DNA of 64,000 bases from an uncultured Bacillota bacterium (lineage in GTDB: Bacteria > Bacillota > Clostridia > Christensenellales > UBA1242): NCBI GenBank assembly GCA_949292985.1, contig CASFBF010000010.1, positions 13,485-77,484 on the forward strand, in the 5' to 3' direction. Every line of letters starts with the position of its first letter. The stretch's first letter is position 1. The notes below the pieces were generated by a model. That model worked only from the letters and a program-made list of their open reading frames with translations. It had not been told where the DNA came from and did no database searches. The position numbers and the translations under genes are program-made. Shown one piece after another: positions 8,906-19,193 of the stretch.

Positions 8906-10210
8906 TTAATTAGGGAAAACCGAAACAACCACTTTAAAAACCACATGACTTAAAAATTCATCAGGCGAGCCAATTTGCTTCAAAAGTTTCTTTGTCTCAC
9001 TACGGTGCGCCCTAAAAAACTGCTCATAGATTTCCAACACATCGGTTTTATTTTGAACAAATAAATTGATAGAGTTGCTTATTTGTTTTTTTACGGTTTC
9101 TTCAATTTTTTCTTTTACAGTATCACTGATATAACTTGCTTCATTTTTCTGCCTAAGGTCTTCTTTACTGCCATCGACTTCTGTCAAGTTCACAAATAAT
9201 CTTATGCTAGTTGTGCAAACAGGAACACCATTTTCATAATCAAACCTTTGTCTAACTTGTTTTTGATTCACTTTATAAGCAAGTTGAGCGTTATTAAAAT
9301 TTTCATCATTAACATCTTTTAAAACCAGCAATGCGCCAGTTGTACGAGAGTTGAACCAATTAAGGCCTCTCAAAATTTCTCTATCAATATTTAAAACCCT
9401 AACACCTCGTTTAATAATAATCTCATTGCCGTCATTTATGAGTTCAAGTTTTTGACCTTCTTGCTCTCCACTCTGTCCAGCGCCACTTTCCCCGCTAGAT
9501 TGGCTTTTAGAACTTTCCGACTGCATATTTGAACTTTGCTCCCCAGATTGTTGAGTTGAATTATCCGTATTCAAAGGCTTGTCGATGGGAATACCATCAT
9601 CAGTTGAATTCATAAGAGGCATGTAACTTATAAGTGAAGTTTCAGTTGGTGAATAATAACCCTGCAAAAATGAGTTTATAGAAGTATCGTTCCAATACAC
9701 ATAATTGGAGTTAAAAAAAGTAAGTTCCTCCAAATTTAAATCTGCTTCTGCATCAAGTTCTTTTACGAACTCCATAAAAAGTTTAGTATCAACATTTGTG
9801 CCAATCAAAATGCAACTTTGTGGAAGCGAAGCCACCCTAACAAGATAGTTTAACGCAGGCGCTATATCTTCATTTAAAAGACTTTCGCTGACAACTGCTG
9901 TGTGCGTATGAAAAAGTGAAACTGCTTTCCCCAGTTGCAATCCAGCCTTAGTTAATGCCTCGCTAAGTGTTCCGCCAGTAGTCGTAAAAATTTCATATTT
10001 TTCAGTGTAAGATTGATTTGGATAGGATAAAAAGGTTAATAAAGTAACTTCGTATTCATCTTGTTTTTTATCCAGACCTATTGCAGTAACTATTGCATTA
10101 GAAACACTTTCTGCTGGTGCTATAATAGCAGATGGAAAGAAAAATAATGCGATAAAAACAAGGGCAAGAAGCATTGGCGTTGCTTTTATAGTATTTAAAA
10201 ATCTTCTCAT
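8906..10210 (-). CDS. Ger(x)C-family spore germination protein (C subunit-like)
   Basis: Third gene of a gerA-type operon, with a 4-nt overlap with the B subunit. The N-terminal region is of the type …AIGLDKKQDEYEVTLL…. It has no lipobox Cys and carries an S/Q/G-rich insert. Confidence 0.65.
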   Translation of the reverse strand: MRRFLNTIKATPMLLALVFIALFFFPSAIIAPAESVSNAIVTAIGLDKKQDEYEVTLLTFLSYPNQSYTEKYEIFTTTGGTLSEALTKAGLQLGKAVSLFHTHTAVVSESLLNEDIAPALNYLVRVASLPQSCILIGTNVDTKLFMEFVKELDAEADLNLEELTFFNSNYVYWNDTSINSFLQGYYSPTETSLISYMPLMNSTDDGIPIDKPLNTDNSTQQSGEQSSNMQSESSKSQSSGESGAGQSGEQEGQKLELINDGNEIIIKRGVRVLNIDREILRGLNWFNSRTTGALLVLKDVNDENFNNAQLAYKVNQKQVRQRFDYENGVPVCTTSIRLFVNLTEVDGSKEDLRQKNEASYISDTVKEKIEETVKKQISNSINLFVQNKTDVLEIYEQFFRAHRSETKKLLKQIGSPDEFLSHVVFKVVVSVFPN

Positions 10211-11283
10211 TCTTGCCTCCTGCTTTTTAATTTAATAGAAATTAAAATTAAAATTGGCATAATAAAATGTAAGATTGCAGCAAAATATCCCATAAAGTTT
10301 ACTCCGATATTGATAACGGCTAAATAATTTATAATTGATGAAACAACTATACCCACAAAAACAATGTCAAAGAAAACTACGGTATAAACAATAGACAATT
10401 TAGAAAACAACTTCATAAAACACTCACAAAAAGCGTAGCAATAAATACTTAATTGCAAAAATGACAAAAACATAATAGTAACAATTGCTACAATATCCAA
10501 TCTGCCCAAATCAATGAACCTATATGAAAAAGTAATAATGTCTGATATAGCATTTTTATGAATAAAAGATGTTTGGCCAAAAATGCTGTAAAACATAAAA
10601 TAAATGACAATAAGAATTGCACAACTGAAAAATATGTACTTGCAAAATTTAAACTTATCTTTTTGTTCAAAGTCTATTTTATCCATTAAAACAAAAAGCA
10701 CAAGCATATCCCCAAAACAAAATAAATTATTAAAAACACTTTTAAAAAATTGACTTGCACTACTTTCAAAAAATAAAGGAAATCTATCAAAATTAGCAAA
10801 TGATAACAAAACTATAAATATCATGCATCCTATAATAAAGAAATAAAAGAATTCTAGACTTCTGCCTATTGCTCTTATTCCCCTTAAAACTGAAGAAGTC
10901 ATTATTATTAAAAAAGCAAAAAGGAAAAGATAATAAGATACATCAATATAAACCTGTATGTGAAAATACATATATGAAATATTAAAAAGCAACATAATTT
11001 TAAAGAAAAAATATAACAATAGTAGCACATAAAAACTTTTTGCTAAAAATATTCCTAAATTATATTTGATAATTTGATAAAAACTTAATCCGGGAAAAGC
11101 CAATTTTAACTTAAAAAAAGCATAAACAATAATCATCTCTAAAACAAGCAATAAAATTAAAATAAAAAACCCATCTGCTTTTGCCGATTCGAATAGCAGA
11201 GATGGTAATACCAACACTTTATTTGCAAACAACAAGAGTGAAACTAAAATTGCACTTTGTCGCGCTGATAGTTTCTTTGTCAT
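10207..11283 (-). CDS. Spore germination protein, GerAB-type permease subunit
   Basis: 358-aa polytopic membrane protein of about 10 TM, positioned between the A-like and C-like subunits with overlapping stops and starts. Confidence 0.7.
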   Translation of the reverse strand: MTKKLSARQSAILVSLLLFANKVLVLPSLLFESAKADGFFILILLLVLEMIIVYAFFKLKLAFPGLSFYQIIKYNLGIFLAKSFYVLLLLYFFFKIMLLFNISYMYFHIQVYIDVSYYLFLFAFLIIMTSSVLRGIRAIGRSLEFFYFFIIGCMIFIVLLSFANFDRFPLFFESSASQFFKSVFNNLFCFGDMLVLFVLMDKIDFEQKDKFKFCKYIFFSCAILIVIYFMFYSIFGQTSFIHKNAISDIITFSYRFIDLGRLDIVAIVTIMFLSFLQLSIYCYAFCECFMKLFSKLSIVYTVVFFDIVFVGIVVSSIINYLAVINIGVNFMGYFAAILHFIMPILILISIKLKSRRQE

Positions 11284-12701
11284 TTTTGCCTCTTTTTATT
11301 TTTATTTTTAAAAGATTGCGGACGATATTTCATATTATTTGTTGGTTCCATAAAAACCCCATCTTCCAGATCATTATAAACTCTTGGAGCATATGGTGCT
11401 AAATATGGTGCTCCATAAGAATCTAAGGAAGCGAGATATACAACCAGATAAACCAGAAACCCTACAATACCTAGTAGCCCCATAGAACCACCCACAAATA
11501 AAAATAGCCATTGTAAAATTGTAAGTTGATAGGCTTGTTCTGGCACAGTATACAAAGCAATTTTTGCGAGAGCCACAATAATTACGCCTGGTGGAGAAAT
11601 TAACCCGGCTTTTACACCAGTATCTCCTAATATTAAAGCACCGACAATGCTTGTTGCCAACCCCAAATAACTTGGCAATCTAACTGAAACCTCATATAAA
11701 ATTTGAAACAAAAGACTAATAAACAGCATTTCTAAAAATGGAGTAAAAGGCAAACCTTTTGTGGTGTTTGTTATAGTTATTAAAAATTTTATGGGAATAA
11801 CATTTTGATGATAAATTCTTAAAGCGATATAAATGCCAGGAATTACAACTGAAATCATAATGCCCAGTAATCTTACGATGCGAATAAAAGAAGAATAAAT
11901 ATAACTGTTGTAATAATCATTGCTAGACTGAACTTCTTCAAAAAACAAAAACGGCAAAGTTAGAACAATAGGCGAGCCGTCAACAATAATAGCAACTCTG
12001 CCCTCTAAAATTTTACCAGCGATGATATCTGGTTTTTCCATGCTTCCAACTTGTTTAAAAAGAGATTTAGGATGTTTTTCTAAATATTTAATTATGTAAT
12101 AAGAGTCTATAATTCCATCTACATCAATTTTATTTAATCTGTCAGTAATATCTTTTACAACTTTATCATCAGCCACACCGTTTAAATAAGCCAATGTAAT
12201 ACGAGTGTTGCTATATCTACCTACAAACAAATCTTTCAATACTAAATTTTTATTGTAAAATCTGCGTCTAATTAAAGTAATATTGGTTTTTATATCCTCG
12301 GTAAAACCTTCTCGCGGACCCTGTATAACCGAAGAAGTTGGTGGCTCTGATGGAACGCGTGCTGGATACTTTAAAATATCAACTGCAAGTAATTTTTCTT
12401 CTCCTGAAATTATTAAAACCACATTACCTTGTAAAATTTTATTTAATGCTTGATTATTTTCAATTTGAGTAACTTCTGATACTGAAATACAGGATATTAA
12501 ATTATTAAAAGATAAATTTTTACAATGAATAATAGGTTTGCAAATTCCGTCAACAAACAAAGCATTGTCCACCATACTTTTTAAGTAAACAAGGCCAACA
12601 CATGAGTTGTCTTTCTGAATAATTCTTGTACCAACATCGCTGGGAGAATTAAGTTGTTTTTTAAAAAAATCTATTTTAGATTTTACATCAGACAAAAACA
12701 T
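11280..12701 (-). CDS. Spore germination protein, GerAA-type subunit
   Basis: 473 aa with a soluble N-domain plus C-terminal TMs. GerA-family signatures include …VAIIVDGSPIVLTLPFLF…, …PIKFLITI… and …GAPYLAPYAP…. Confidence 0.8.
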   Translation of the reverse strand: MFLSDVKSKIDFFKKQLNSPSDVGTRIIQKDNSCVGLVYLKSMVDNALFVDGICKPIIHCKNLSFNNLISCISVSEVTQIENNQALNKILQGNVVLIISGEEKLLAVDILKYPARVPSEPPTSSVIQGPREGFTEDIKTNITLIRRRFYNKNLVLKDLFVGRYSNTRITLAYLNGVADDKVVKDITDRLNKIDVDGIIDSYYIIKYLEKHPKSLFKQVGSMEKPDIIAGKILEGRVAIIVDGSPIVLTLPFLFFEEVQSSNDYYNSYIYSSFIRIVRLLGIMISVVIPGIYIALRIYHQNVIPIKFLITITNTTKGLPFTPFLEMLFISLLFQILYEVSVRLPSYLGLATSIVGALILGDTGVKAGLISPPGVIIVALAKIALYTVPEQAYQLTILQWLFLFVGGSMGLLGIVGFLVYLVVYLASLDSYGAPYLAPYAPRVYNDLEDGVFMEPTNNMKYRPQSFKNKNKKRQK

Positions 12702-12749
12702 ACCACCTTCCTTTGAAGATAGTATGTTTAAAATACTTTTTGTTATACT

Positions 12750-13673
12750 CTAAATAGACGACTTCGTTACCAAAGTCAACTCATCTTCATACACATTAAA
12801 AATATTTTGACTAGGCCTAACTTTTATTTGGACATTATCGTTATAAAATAATTGAGCCGAAAAAATAATTTCATATCCTTCATTTGTTTTTATAGATTCA
12901 AAATCATTTTTATCAACATAATACATTTGATCACTCACAAAAACATCAACACCTTCAACACTTTCAGTAGACAAAATGTGGATATTATAAAACTGATCTA
13001 TATAAGCGTTAATAAAAGGCAGTAACTTGTGTATAACTGTTGTAGATATAATGTTTGAGTTTTCACTTTCAAAAAAGAATGATTGGTTGGAATTGCTTGT
13101 TACATACACTTGTCTTTCACCGCCTTTAATCAGCGACAAATCAAAACTAGTGTCATCAACATCCAAACTTACTAATTGATCACCGTCAAAATAATATAGG
13201 TTATAAAACTCTGCTCCCCTAACTTGTTGCCATGAAATGGTACAAGTTAAATCATCAAAATTAACAACTGGCGCATCAAGTTTGATAGTAGGTGTATATT
13301 CTATTGAATCGCTGTATTCACCTGCCAAAATCCCCGATTTTTCTACCAAACAGTAAGAAATATTATATTGCGTTCCAAAACTAAGTTCACCGTTCCATAA
13401 TAACTCTGTAATATCAAATTGTCTAGAAACACTGTTGAAAGTTTTTATTTCATCACCATTAGTGAATTTAAAATTATAAGTTTTTTCCTCTGCATATGGA
13501 GCGGAAATATAAATATGGTTTGAAATGTTTTCGACTTGTAATTTTTCTCCTTGATCAGGCTTAAAGAAAAACACAAGCAAAAGGCAGGCAATCAAAATTA
13601 AGATTGTCCCTCCGACTACACTTGATATTATAATTATTTTTTTTGTTTTAGACACAATAGTATTATACAACAT
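12750..13673 (-). CDS. Hypothetical membrane-anchored protein with Fn3-like segment
   Basis: The ORF runs to 13751, but ATG 13673 (MLYNTIVSKTKKIIIISSVVGG…) starts directly before the TM anchor. The segment ISWQQVRGAEFYNLYYFDG is an Fn3-type pattern. The start is uncertain. Confidence 0.5.
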   Translation of the reverse strand: MLYNTIVSKTKKIIIISSVVGGTILILIACLLLVFFFKPDQGEKLQVENISNHIYISAPYAEEKTYNFKFTNGDEIKTFNSVSRQFDITELLWNGELSFGTQYNISYCLVEKSGILAGEYSDSIEYTPTIKLDAPVVNFDDLTCTISWQQVRGAEFYNLYYFDGDQLVSLDVDDTSFDLSLIKGGERQVYVTSNSNQSFFFESENSNIISTTVIHKLLPFINAYIDQFYNIHILSTESVEGVDVFVSDQMYYVDKNDFESIKTNEGYEIIFSAQLFYNDNVQIKVRPSQNIFNVYEDELTLVTKSSI

Positions 13674-13766
13674 AAATAAAATGTTAACAAACGAATTTAA
13701 TTTAAATTTTAATATTGACAAAATAAAGTTATTGTGATAAAATAAAGGCATGTAGTGGAGGAAAAT

Positions 13767-14285
13767 ATGGTAAATATAGATTTTTTAACACCATTTCAAA
13801 TTACGACTTTTGTTTTAGGAATTGTGTTTTCAATTTTAACAATCGCTATGGTATTTTATACATTACGACATGAAAATGGTTATAGAAACACATTTATAAA
13901 AGTTTTGTTTACTTTAATACTGCCAATGATAACATTTATAATGTGGTTTGCTTGCGCATTTGCTGCATACGCAATATTTGATTCAAGCGAACTTTATATC
14001 ATGTTATTGTCAATCGCTTGCGGGGCTGCACTCTCAGGATTATCATATTTGATTGCATGGTTGATAAGTAAATATGCTGTAAAAAAGACAACAGTGGACA
14101 GCAAAATTGAAATATACGCAATAAATAGAATTGAAAAGAAAATTGAAAATGATTCCAACATTAAAAGTGAACAAACAGAAGAAAATAAAGAAGATAAAGA
14201 AAACCAAACAGAACAAGCAGAAATCATAGAAGAAACAGCAAAAGAAGAAAATGTTGAAGATAAAGAAAACGAAAATAATCAATAA
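13767..14285 (+). CDS. Hypothetical membrane protein with acidic E/K/N-rich tail
   Basis: ATG 13767 is preceded by GGAGGA. The protein has about 4 TM segments followed by the tail …EENKEDKENQTEQAEIIEETAKEENVEDKENENNQ. Confidence 0.5.
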   Translation: MVNIDFLTPFQITTFVLGIVFSILTIAMVFYTLRHENGYRNTFIKVLFTLILPMITFIMWFACAFAAYAIFDSSELYIMLLSIACGAALSGLSYLIAWLISKYAVKKTTVDSKIEIYAINRIEKKIENDSNIKSEQTEENKEDKENQTEQAEIIEETAKEENVEDKENENNQ

Positions 14286-14311
14286 GAAAATAAAGACGAA
14301 GAAATAAAATA

Positions 14312-14338
14312 AGGATGATTGCAAAATCATCTTTTTTT
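14312..14338 (+). terminator. Rho-independent terminator
   Basis: GATGATT-GCAA-AATCATC followed by T7. Confidence 0.6.
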
Positions 14339-14385
14339 AAAATAAAATAATGGCTCATCCAGCCATTATTTTGTTTTTGTGTATT

Positions 14386-15387
14386 TTATTTATCTTTTTT
14401 ATATGTCAAATAAGGTTTTGGAACTTCCACGCTTTTATCCATTGATGTAAATGTTTGGCTGAAAGTTGCTTTGGAGTTTATAGTCAAACCACCTGGCACT
14501 GAGGTTGTGTAACTTGTAAAAGTTTCTTCTCTAATCATTCTTTTTAATTGACCCGTGCTTTTGGATATAACAAATGTGTAATCGTATTGAGTATAAGTAA
14601 CAACAGGTAAAGATCCATTCTTTTTATAGTAATAATCGAGTTCATCTGGAAGTTTATCTATTTTATAAGAAAACTTAACTATCGTATAATTTTTATTACT
14701 TCTAGTATCATATGTTTTAACTTCAACTGTGTCTTTGGTGATTTCAAGAGGAAACTCCATAGAATATACAACCACATGTTTTTCTAGTCCCTGATCCATT
14801 GAATAAGATTTTTTGTATCCTGAATCAGCATTTAAATTATAGGTTCGAGAAGCCACATTATAATCTTCTGTTCCAACACAAATGAACGAATTCTTTTCAG
14901 TATCTGTATTGATTGCGCGATATTCTTGCATCACCAAATTATTTGATAATAACAACCCCTCAATAAGTGGGTCTGCATCTGCATAATAGAAATAGACATC
15001 TTCTAAACTTTCACTTCCGCATCTATAAGTATTTCCGACGGCATACTGCACTACGCCAACTTCAGCTCCCTGCCAAATACCGGTGTTTTGAACAACATAT
15101 TCTATTGTAGAAGTACTTCCTGCCCCATTATTATAAATGTTCAAAGCGTAATTTACTAAATCAATGGCGTTTGTTGGCAATTCAAAATCATCATTACTAG
15201 TGTTATTATCCTCATCCGATGCATCTGGCTGCTCTTCATCAGGTGTCAGCCCTGCTGTTGGGTCATCTGATGGAACCGTTGTATCTGCTGAGGTAGGAGT
15301 TGCAAAAAAACTAACTCCTATATACGCACCAAATAGAAGCACCATTGTGAACATCAATAAATAATATTTAACTCTTTTAAACTTCAT
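14386..15387 (-). CDS. Hypothetical signal-anchored envelope protein, paralogue A
   Basis: 333 aa with an N-terminal TM and an acidic D/E/N linker. The conserved block ELPTNAIDLVNYALNIYNNG is shared with the next gene. Confidence 0.6.
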   Translation of the reverse strand: MKFKRVKYYLLMFTMVLLFGAYIGVSFFATPTSADTTVPSDDPTAGLTPDEEQPDASDEDNNTSNDDFELPTNAIDLVNYALNIYNNGAGSTSTIEYVVQNTGIWQGAEVGVVQYAVGNTYRCGSESLEDVYFYYADADPLIEGLLLSNNLVMQEYRAINTDTEKNSFICVGTEDYNVASRTYNLNADSGYKKSYSMDQGLEKHVVVYSMEFPLEITKDTVEVKTYDTRSNKNYTIVKFSYKIDKLPDELDYYYKKNGSLPVVTYTQYDYTFVISKSTGQLKRMIREETFTSYTTSVPGGLTINSKATFSQTFTSMDKSVEVPKPYLTYKKDK

Positions 15388-15411
15388 TGTTAATTGCTTG
15401 TCCTATTTTTT

Positions 15412-16377
15412 TTATAAACAATCCGCCAAAACAATAGTTTTGTTCATATTTTTAAACGACTGAATTGTAGTTGCTTGAACATTTACTGAAACACTACCTA
15501 AAACAGGCGCGTTGATTGCTGTTGCATAAAAATTTTCTGTTCGTTGAATTTTTGTTATATACCCATTATTTTTATTTATAGTAAAGCTTATTTCGATAGA
15601 TGTATAGTTGATGTTGGTCATTTGACCAGTACAAGTGAAAAAGTTAATGAAATTATCAGATAATGAAGAAAAATTGTTTATTTTTAAAGTTATTATTCTA
15701 ACATTTTTGTTCTGAGTATTATCCCTGGTAATAATACAATTAGATTTTGTGATATTTATAGGAAAACCTTGCCCCTGCAAAATTTTATACTCATCAAGTG
15801 CTGTAGAAGTGTCTACGATCTTGTTCAATGTTGCATTTTCAAGACTATAAGTTTTCGCTGTTGTATCATAATCATTTGTGGTCGCAATTTGTGTAAGGCC
15901 TGTATCTTCATTTATATAAAATCCCTTAAAATAGTTTGCAACCATACTTCCAGCAACACCTGTTTCATTTGAATGATAGTAATTTTCTTCAATTGAAACA
16001 CTTTCACCCAAAGAGTTGATCCCTTTGTTTACTTTACCATCAACATATTGCACAGCACTAATACCTACCGCCTCATTAACAATCGTAGTACTGAAAGTAC
16101 TTTCATAACCTTTGCCATTTGCAATAATATTTAAGCCATATTGTATAAGACTAATCGCATCAGTTGGTATTTCGACATTGGCAGGTGGTTCTTCATTGTT
16201 GCCATCGTCTTCTAACTTATCATCATCTACATAACCTTCATCAACGTTATCTTCAATATTACCCTGATTTATGTTCATTGAAGAATCAGTAAACAAGAAA
16301 GTCATGCCAATATAACAACATATAAGGGCAACAAGACCAATCACAAGAAAATTATATCTCAGTTTTTTAAAACTCAT
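15412..16377 (-). CDS. Hypothetical signal-anchored envelope protein, paralogue B
   Basis: 321 aa with the same layout as paralogue A. Matching blocks are MSFKKLRY/MKFKRVKY, YIGMTF/YIGVSF, EIPTDAISLIQYGLNI and …KIQRTENF/…RMIREETF. Confidence 0.6.
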   Translation of the reverse strand: MSFKKLRYNFLVIGLVALICCYIGMTFLFTDSSMNINQGNIEDNVDEGYVDDDKLEDDGNNEEPPANVEIPTDAISLIQYGLNIIANGKGYESTFSTTIVNEAVGISAVQYVDGKVNKGINSLGESVSIEENYYHSNETGVAGSMVANYFKGFYINEDTGLTQIATTNDYDTTAKTYSLENATLNKIVDTSTALDEYKILQGQGFPINITKSNCIITRDNTQNKNVRIITLKINNFSSLSDNFINFFTCTGQMTNINYTSIEISFTINKNNGYITKIQRTENFYATAINAPVLGSVSVNVQATTIQSFKNMNKTIVLADCL

Positions 16378-16490
16378 TTAATCCAATCCATAGCGTCAGA
16401 TTTTCCTGACTTTTAACTATAACATACTTTTCGCTTTTCGTCAACAAAAATTGATAAAAATTCCAATCTTTCGTTATTTATACATATTCA

Positions 16491-18917
16491 TCATTTGACA
16501 ATAATATTTATAATTCTTCCAGGAACGACAATTTCTTTTACGATTTGCTTGCCTAAAATCAAACTTTTAACTTTGTCATTTGCCTTTGCTTTTTCAAGCA
16601 ATTCGGCGTTGTTTAAAGATGTTTCAACATCCATTCTTGCGACTATTTTGCTGTTTACTTGTAAAGCGATTTCAACAGTTGATTTAACAAGTTTGCTTTC
16701 ATCACAAACAGGATATTTTTGGTTGTGAATTGAATAATTTTCACCAATATCTTCCCAAAGTTGTTCTGCAAAATGTGGAGCGGCTGGTGCAATCAACCTA
16801 ACAACATCTAATGCAACACTTTTTGCAAGAATGCTATTTTTGTTTGGTAACTTGTCATATTTATACATTGCATTTATGAGTTCCATGTATCTAGCAACTG
16901 CTGTATTGAACGAAAATTCTTCAAAAGACGAACGCATTTCTTTTATGCAATATGCCCTTGCATACTCCAATTCGTTGTCAGCAGATGTTTCACCTTGTCC
17001 TTCTGGCAAAGCCACCCAACTTTTAACAATTCTTTCAACCCTATCCATAAATGCGGTCATATGTTTTAAACCTTCGTCGTTCCAAGGTCCGCCATCAATA
17101 TAGTTCATAGAAAACATCATAGTAAGTCGAAGAGCATCGCTTCCAAATTCGTTTACATACTCATCTGCTGTTCTTCCACCATTGCGTTTTGACATCTTTT
17201 TACCATCTTTGCCAAGCACCATGCCTTGATGAACCAATCTTTTAAAAGGTTCTTCAAAGTCAATAAGCCCTAAATCATGCAAGAACATGGTTATAAATCG
17301 TGAATATAAAAGATGCGCTGTTGCATGTTCCACCCCACCAACATATGTGTCCACAGGGCAAATTTTGTTGATTTTTTCAGAAGAGAAAATTTGCTTATCA
17401 TTATGTGCATCTGGATAACGAAGTTGATAAAAACTTGAACAAACAAAAGCATCAAGTGTATCAGGATCTCTTCTTGCGTCTGCCCCGCAAACAGGACATT
17501 TTACATTCATATATTCTTCCACTTTGCCAAGAGGCCCTTCGCCTTCTGGCTTATAGTCGTGTATTTTTGGCAAAATCACAGGCAAATCTTTTTCAGGCAC
17601 TGGCACGGCTCCGCAATGAGGACAATGAATAATTGGAATTGGGCAACCCCAATATCTTTGCCTTGAAACAGACCAGTCTCTCAATTTATAGTTAATTTTT
17701 CTTCTTCCTGCGCCCATTTTTTCAAGTTTGTCACAAATGGCGATTTTAGCCTCCTCGCTTGACAATCCGTCAAATTCTGCTGAGTTAATCAATCTTCCAT
17801 ATTCAGTATATGGTAAATTTACTTTTTCGCCATTTTTGCCTTCAATTACTTGAACAACCGGCACATTATAAACTTTTGCGAAATCAAAATCTCTTTCATC
17901 ATGTGCTGCAACACCCATAACAATACCTGTCGCATAGGTTGCAATTACATAATCGGCAACATAAAGAGGAACTTTACTGCCATTAAGTGGATTGATTACA
18001 TAAATTCCTGTAAAAACACCTGTCTTTTGATTGTTTGTTCCGCTTCTTGTAATTTCATCCTTTTTCGCTGCTTGGGCAACATATTCATCAACCTCAGCCT
18101 TATGCTCAGGCGTAACAAGATTTGGTAAAAGCGGATGTTCAGGCGCAATAACAAGCCAACTTACGCCATAAATTGTGTCTACTCTTGATGTAAACACTGT
18201 TAAAGTTTGTTTTCCGTCCTCTGTTTTAAAATCAACTTCACAACCTATTGACTTACCAATCCAATTTTTTTGCAAAATTTTGGTTTTTTGTGGCCAATCA
18301 ATATTATCAAGCCCTGACAACAATCTGTCAGCATAGTCGGTTATCTTAAAAAACCATTGTTTCATATTTTTTCTAACAACTTCACTACCACATCTTTCGC
18401 AAACACCCTCAACCACTTGTTCGTTGGCGATTACAGTGTTACAAGATGGGCACCAATTAACTGGTGCTTCTTTTTGATAAGCAAGGCCTTTTTTGAATAA
18501 TTGAACAAAAAGCCACTGTGTCCATTTATAATACTCTGGTTTGCAAGTGATAACTTCATATTCCCAATTGAATGTTCCACCAATGTTTTTTAATTGTTGT
18601 TCCATAACTGAAATGTTATGTAAAGTAGAATCTTCTGGGTGAATGCCTGTTTTTAAAGCAAAGTTTTCAGCAGGAAGTCCGAAACTATCAAAACCCATAG
18701 GCTGAAAAACATTATAGCCCTGCATCCTTTTAAAACGCCCAAAACTATCTGAAAGCCCAAAATTCCACCAATGACCTAAATGCAAATTCAAACCGCTTGG
18801 ATATGAAAACATTTCAAGCAGATAATATTTTTTATCAATATTTTTCTCATCAAATTTATATAAATTATCTTTTTCCCATTTTTGGTTCCATTTTTGTTCT
18901 ATCTTAGCATAATCCAT
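16491..18917 (-). CDS. leuS: Leucine--tRNA ligase
   Basis: 808 aa with a class I HIGH-type motif (LHLGHWWN), KMSKR, and zinc-binding CxxC pairs in the CP1 region. Confidence 0.95.
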   Translation of the reverse strand: MDYAKIEQKWNQKWEKDNLYKFDEKNIDKKYYLLEMFSYPSGLNLHLGHWWNFGLSDSFGRFKRMQGYNVFQPMGFDSFGLPAENFALKTGIHPEDSTLHNISVMEQQLKNIGGTFNWEYEVITCKPEYYKWTQWLFVQLFKKGLAYQKEAPVNWCPSCNTVIANEQVVEGVCERCGSEVVRKNMKQWFFKITDYADRLLSGLDNIDWPQKTKILQKNWIGKSIGCEVDFKTEDGKQTLTVFTSRVDTIYGVSWLVIAPEHPLLPNLVTPEHKAEVDEYVAQAAKKDEITRSGTNNQKTGVFTGIYVINPLNGSKVPLYVADYVIATYATGIVMGVAAHDERDFDFAKVYNVPVVQVIEGKNGEKVNLPYTEYGRLINSAEFDGLSSEEAKIAICDKLEKMGAGRRKINYKLRDWSVSRQRYWGCPIPIIHCPHCGAVPVPEKDLPVILPKIHDYKPEGEGPLGKVEEYMNVKCPVCGADARRDPDTLDAFVCSSFYQLRYPDAHNDKQIFSSEKINKICPVDTYVGGVEHATAHLLYSRFITMFLHDLGLIDFEEPFKRLVHQGMVLGKDGKKMSKRNGGRTADEYVNEFGSDALRLTMMFSMNYIDGGPWNDEGLKHMTAFMDRVERIVKSWVALPEGQGETSADNELEYARAYCIKEMRSSFEEFSFNTAVARYMELINAMYKYDKLPNKNSILAKSVALDVVRLIAPAAPHFAEQLWEDIGENYSIHNQKYPVCDESKLVKSTVEIALQVNSKIVARMDVETSLNNAELLEKAKANDKVKSLILGKQIVKEIVVPGRIINIIVK

Positions 18918-18948
18918 AGTAATAACTCCTCATAAATATACACCGAAA

Positions 18949-18977
18949 AGTTTATCACTCCTAGGCAAATTTGTCAA
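18949..18977 (-). promoter_or_regulatory. Candidate leuS promoter
   Basis: Minus-strand TTGACA (18977..18972), 17 nt, TAAACT (18954..18949). A short leader with GAGGAG SD follows. Confidence 0.35.
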
Positions 18978-19029
18978 ATAAAAGTATAACTAAAAGCATG
19001 ATATTTTTTTAAAAAATTGGTAAAAATAA

Positions 19030-19058
19030 TTGACAAATATGTTTTAATCGATTATAAT
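19030..19058 (+). promoter_or_regulatory. Consensus sigma-70 promoter for the L10 leader/rplJL operon
   Basis: TTGACA (19030..19035), 17 nt, TATAAT (19053..19058). Confidence 0.6.
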
Positions 19059-19064
19059 AACAAA

Positions 19065-19193
19065 GTCTAAAATAAATCTTTCCATAGACAGCAAGTGCGT
19101 TGCGTAAATGCCAACAGGCATGCTTGCCGAGGAAAAAGGATAAAAGTGAAGTTTCTCTCTTGCCCTTTTTCTTTGGCGCAAGAGATTTTTTTT
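19065..19193 (+). promoter_or_regulatory. rplJ 5' leader (L10-leader-like) ending in an intrinsic terminator/attenuator
   Basis: A leader of about 165 nt lies between the promoter and the rplJ ATG. It contains TCTCTTGC…GCAAGAGA (19156..19185) followed by T8 (19186..19193), 38 nt before the ATG. Confidence 0.5.

Noticed and set aside
18918-19029. Possible T-box leader upstream of leuS
   Set aside because: Only about 110 nt separate leuS from the divergent rplJ promoter, and the candidate leuS promoter leaves a leader of about 30 nt. That is far too short for a T-box (typically >200 nt), and no T-box-like conserved sequence or terminator is visible.
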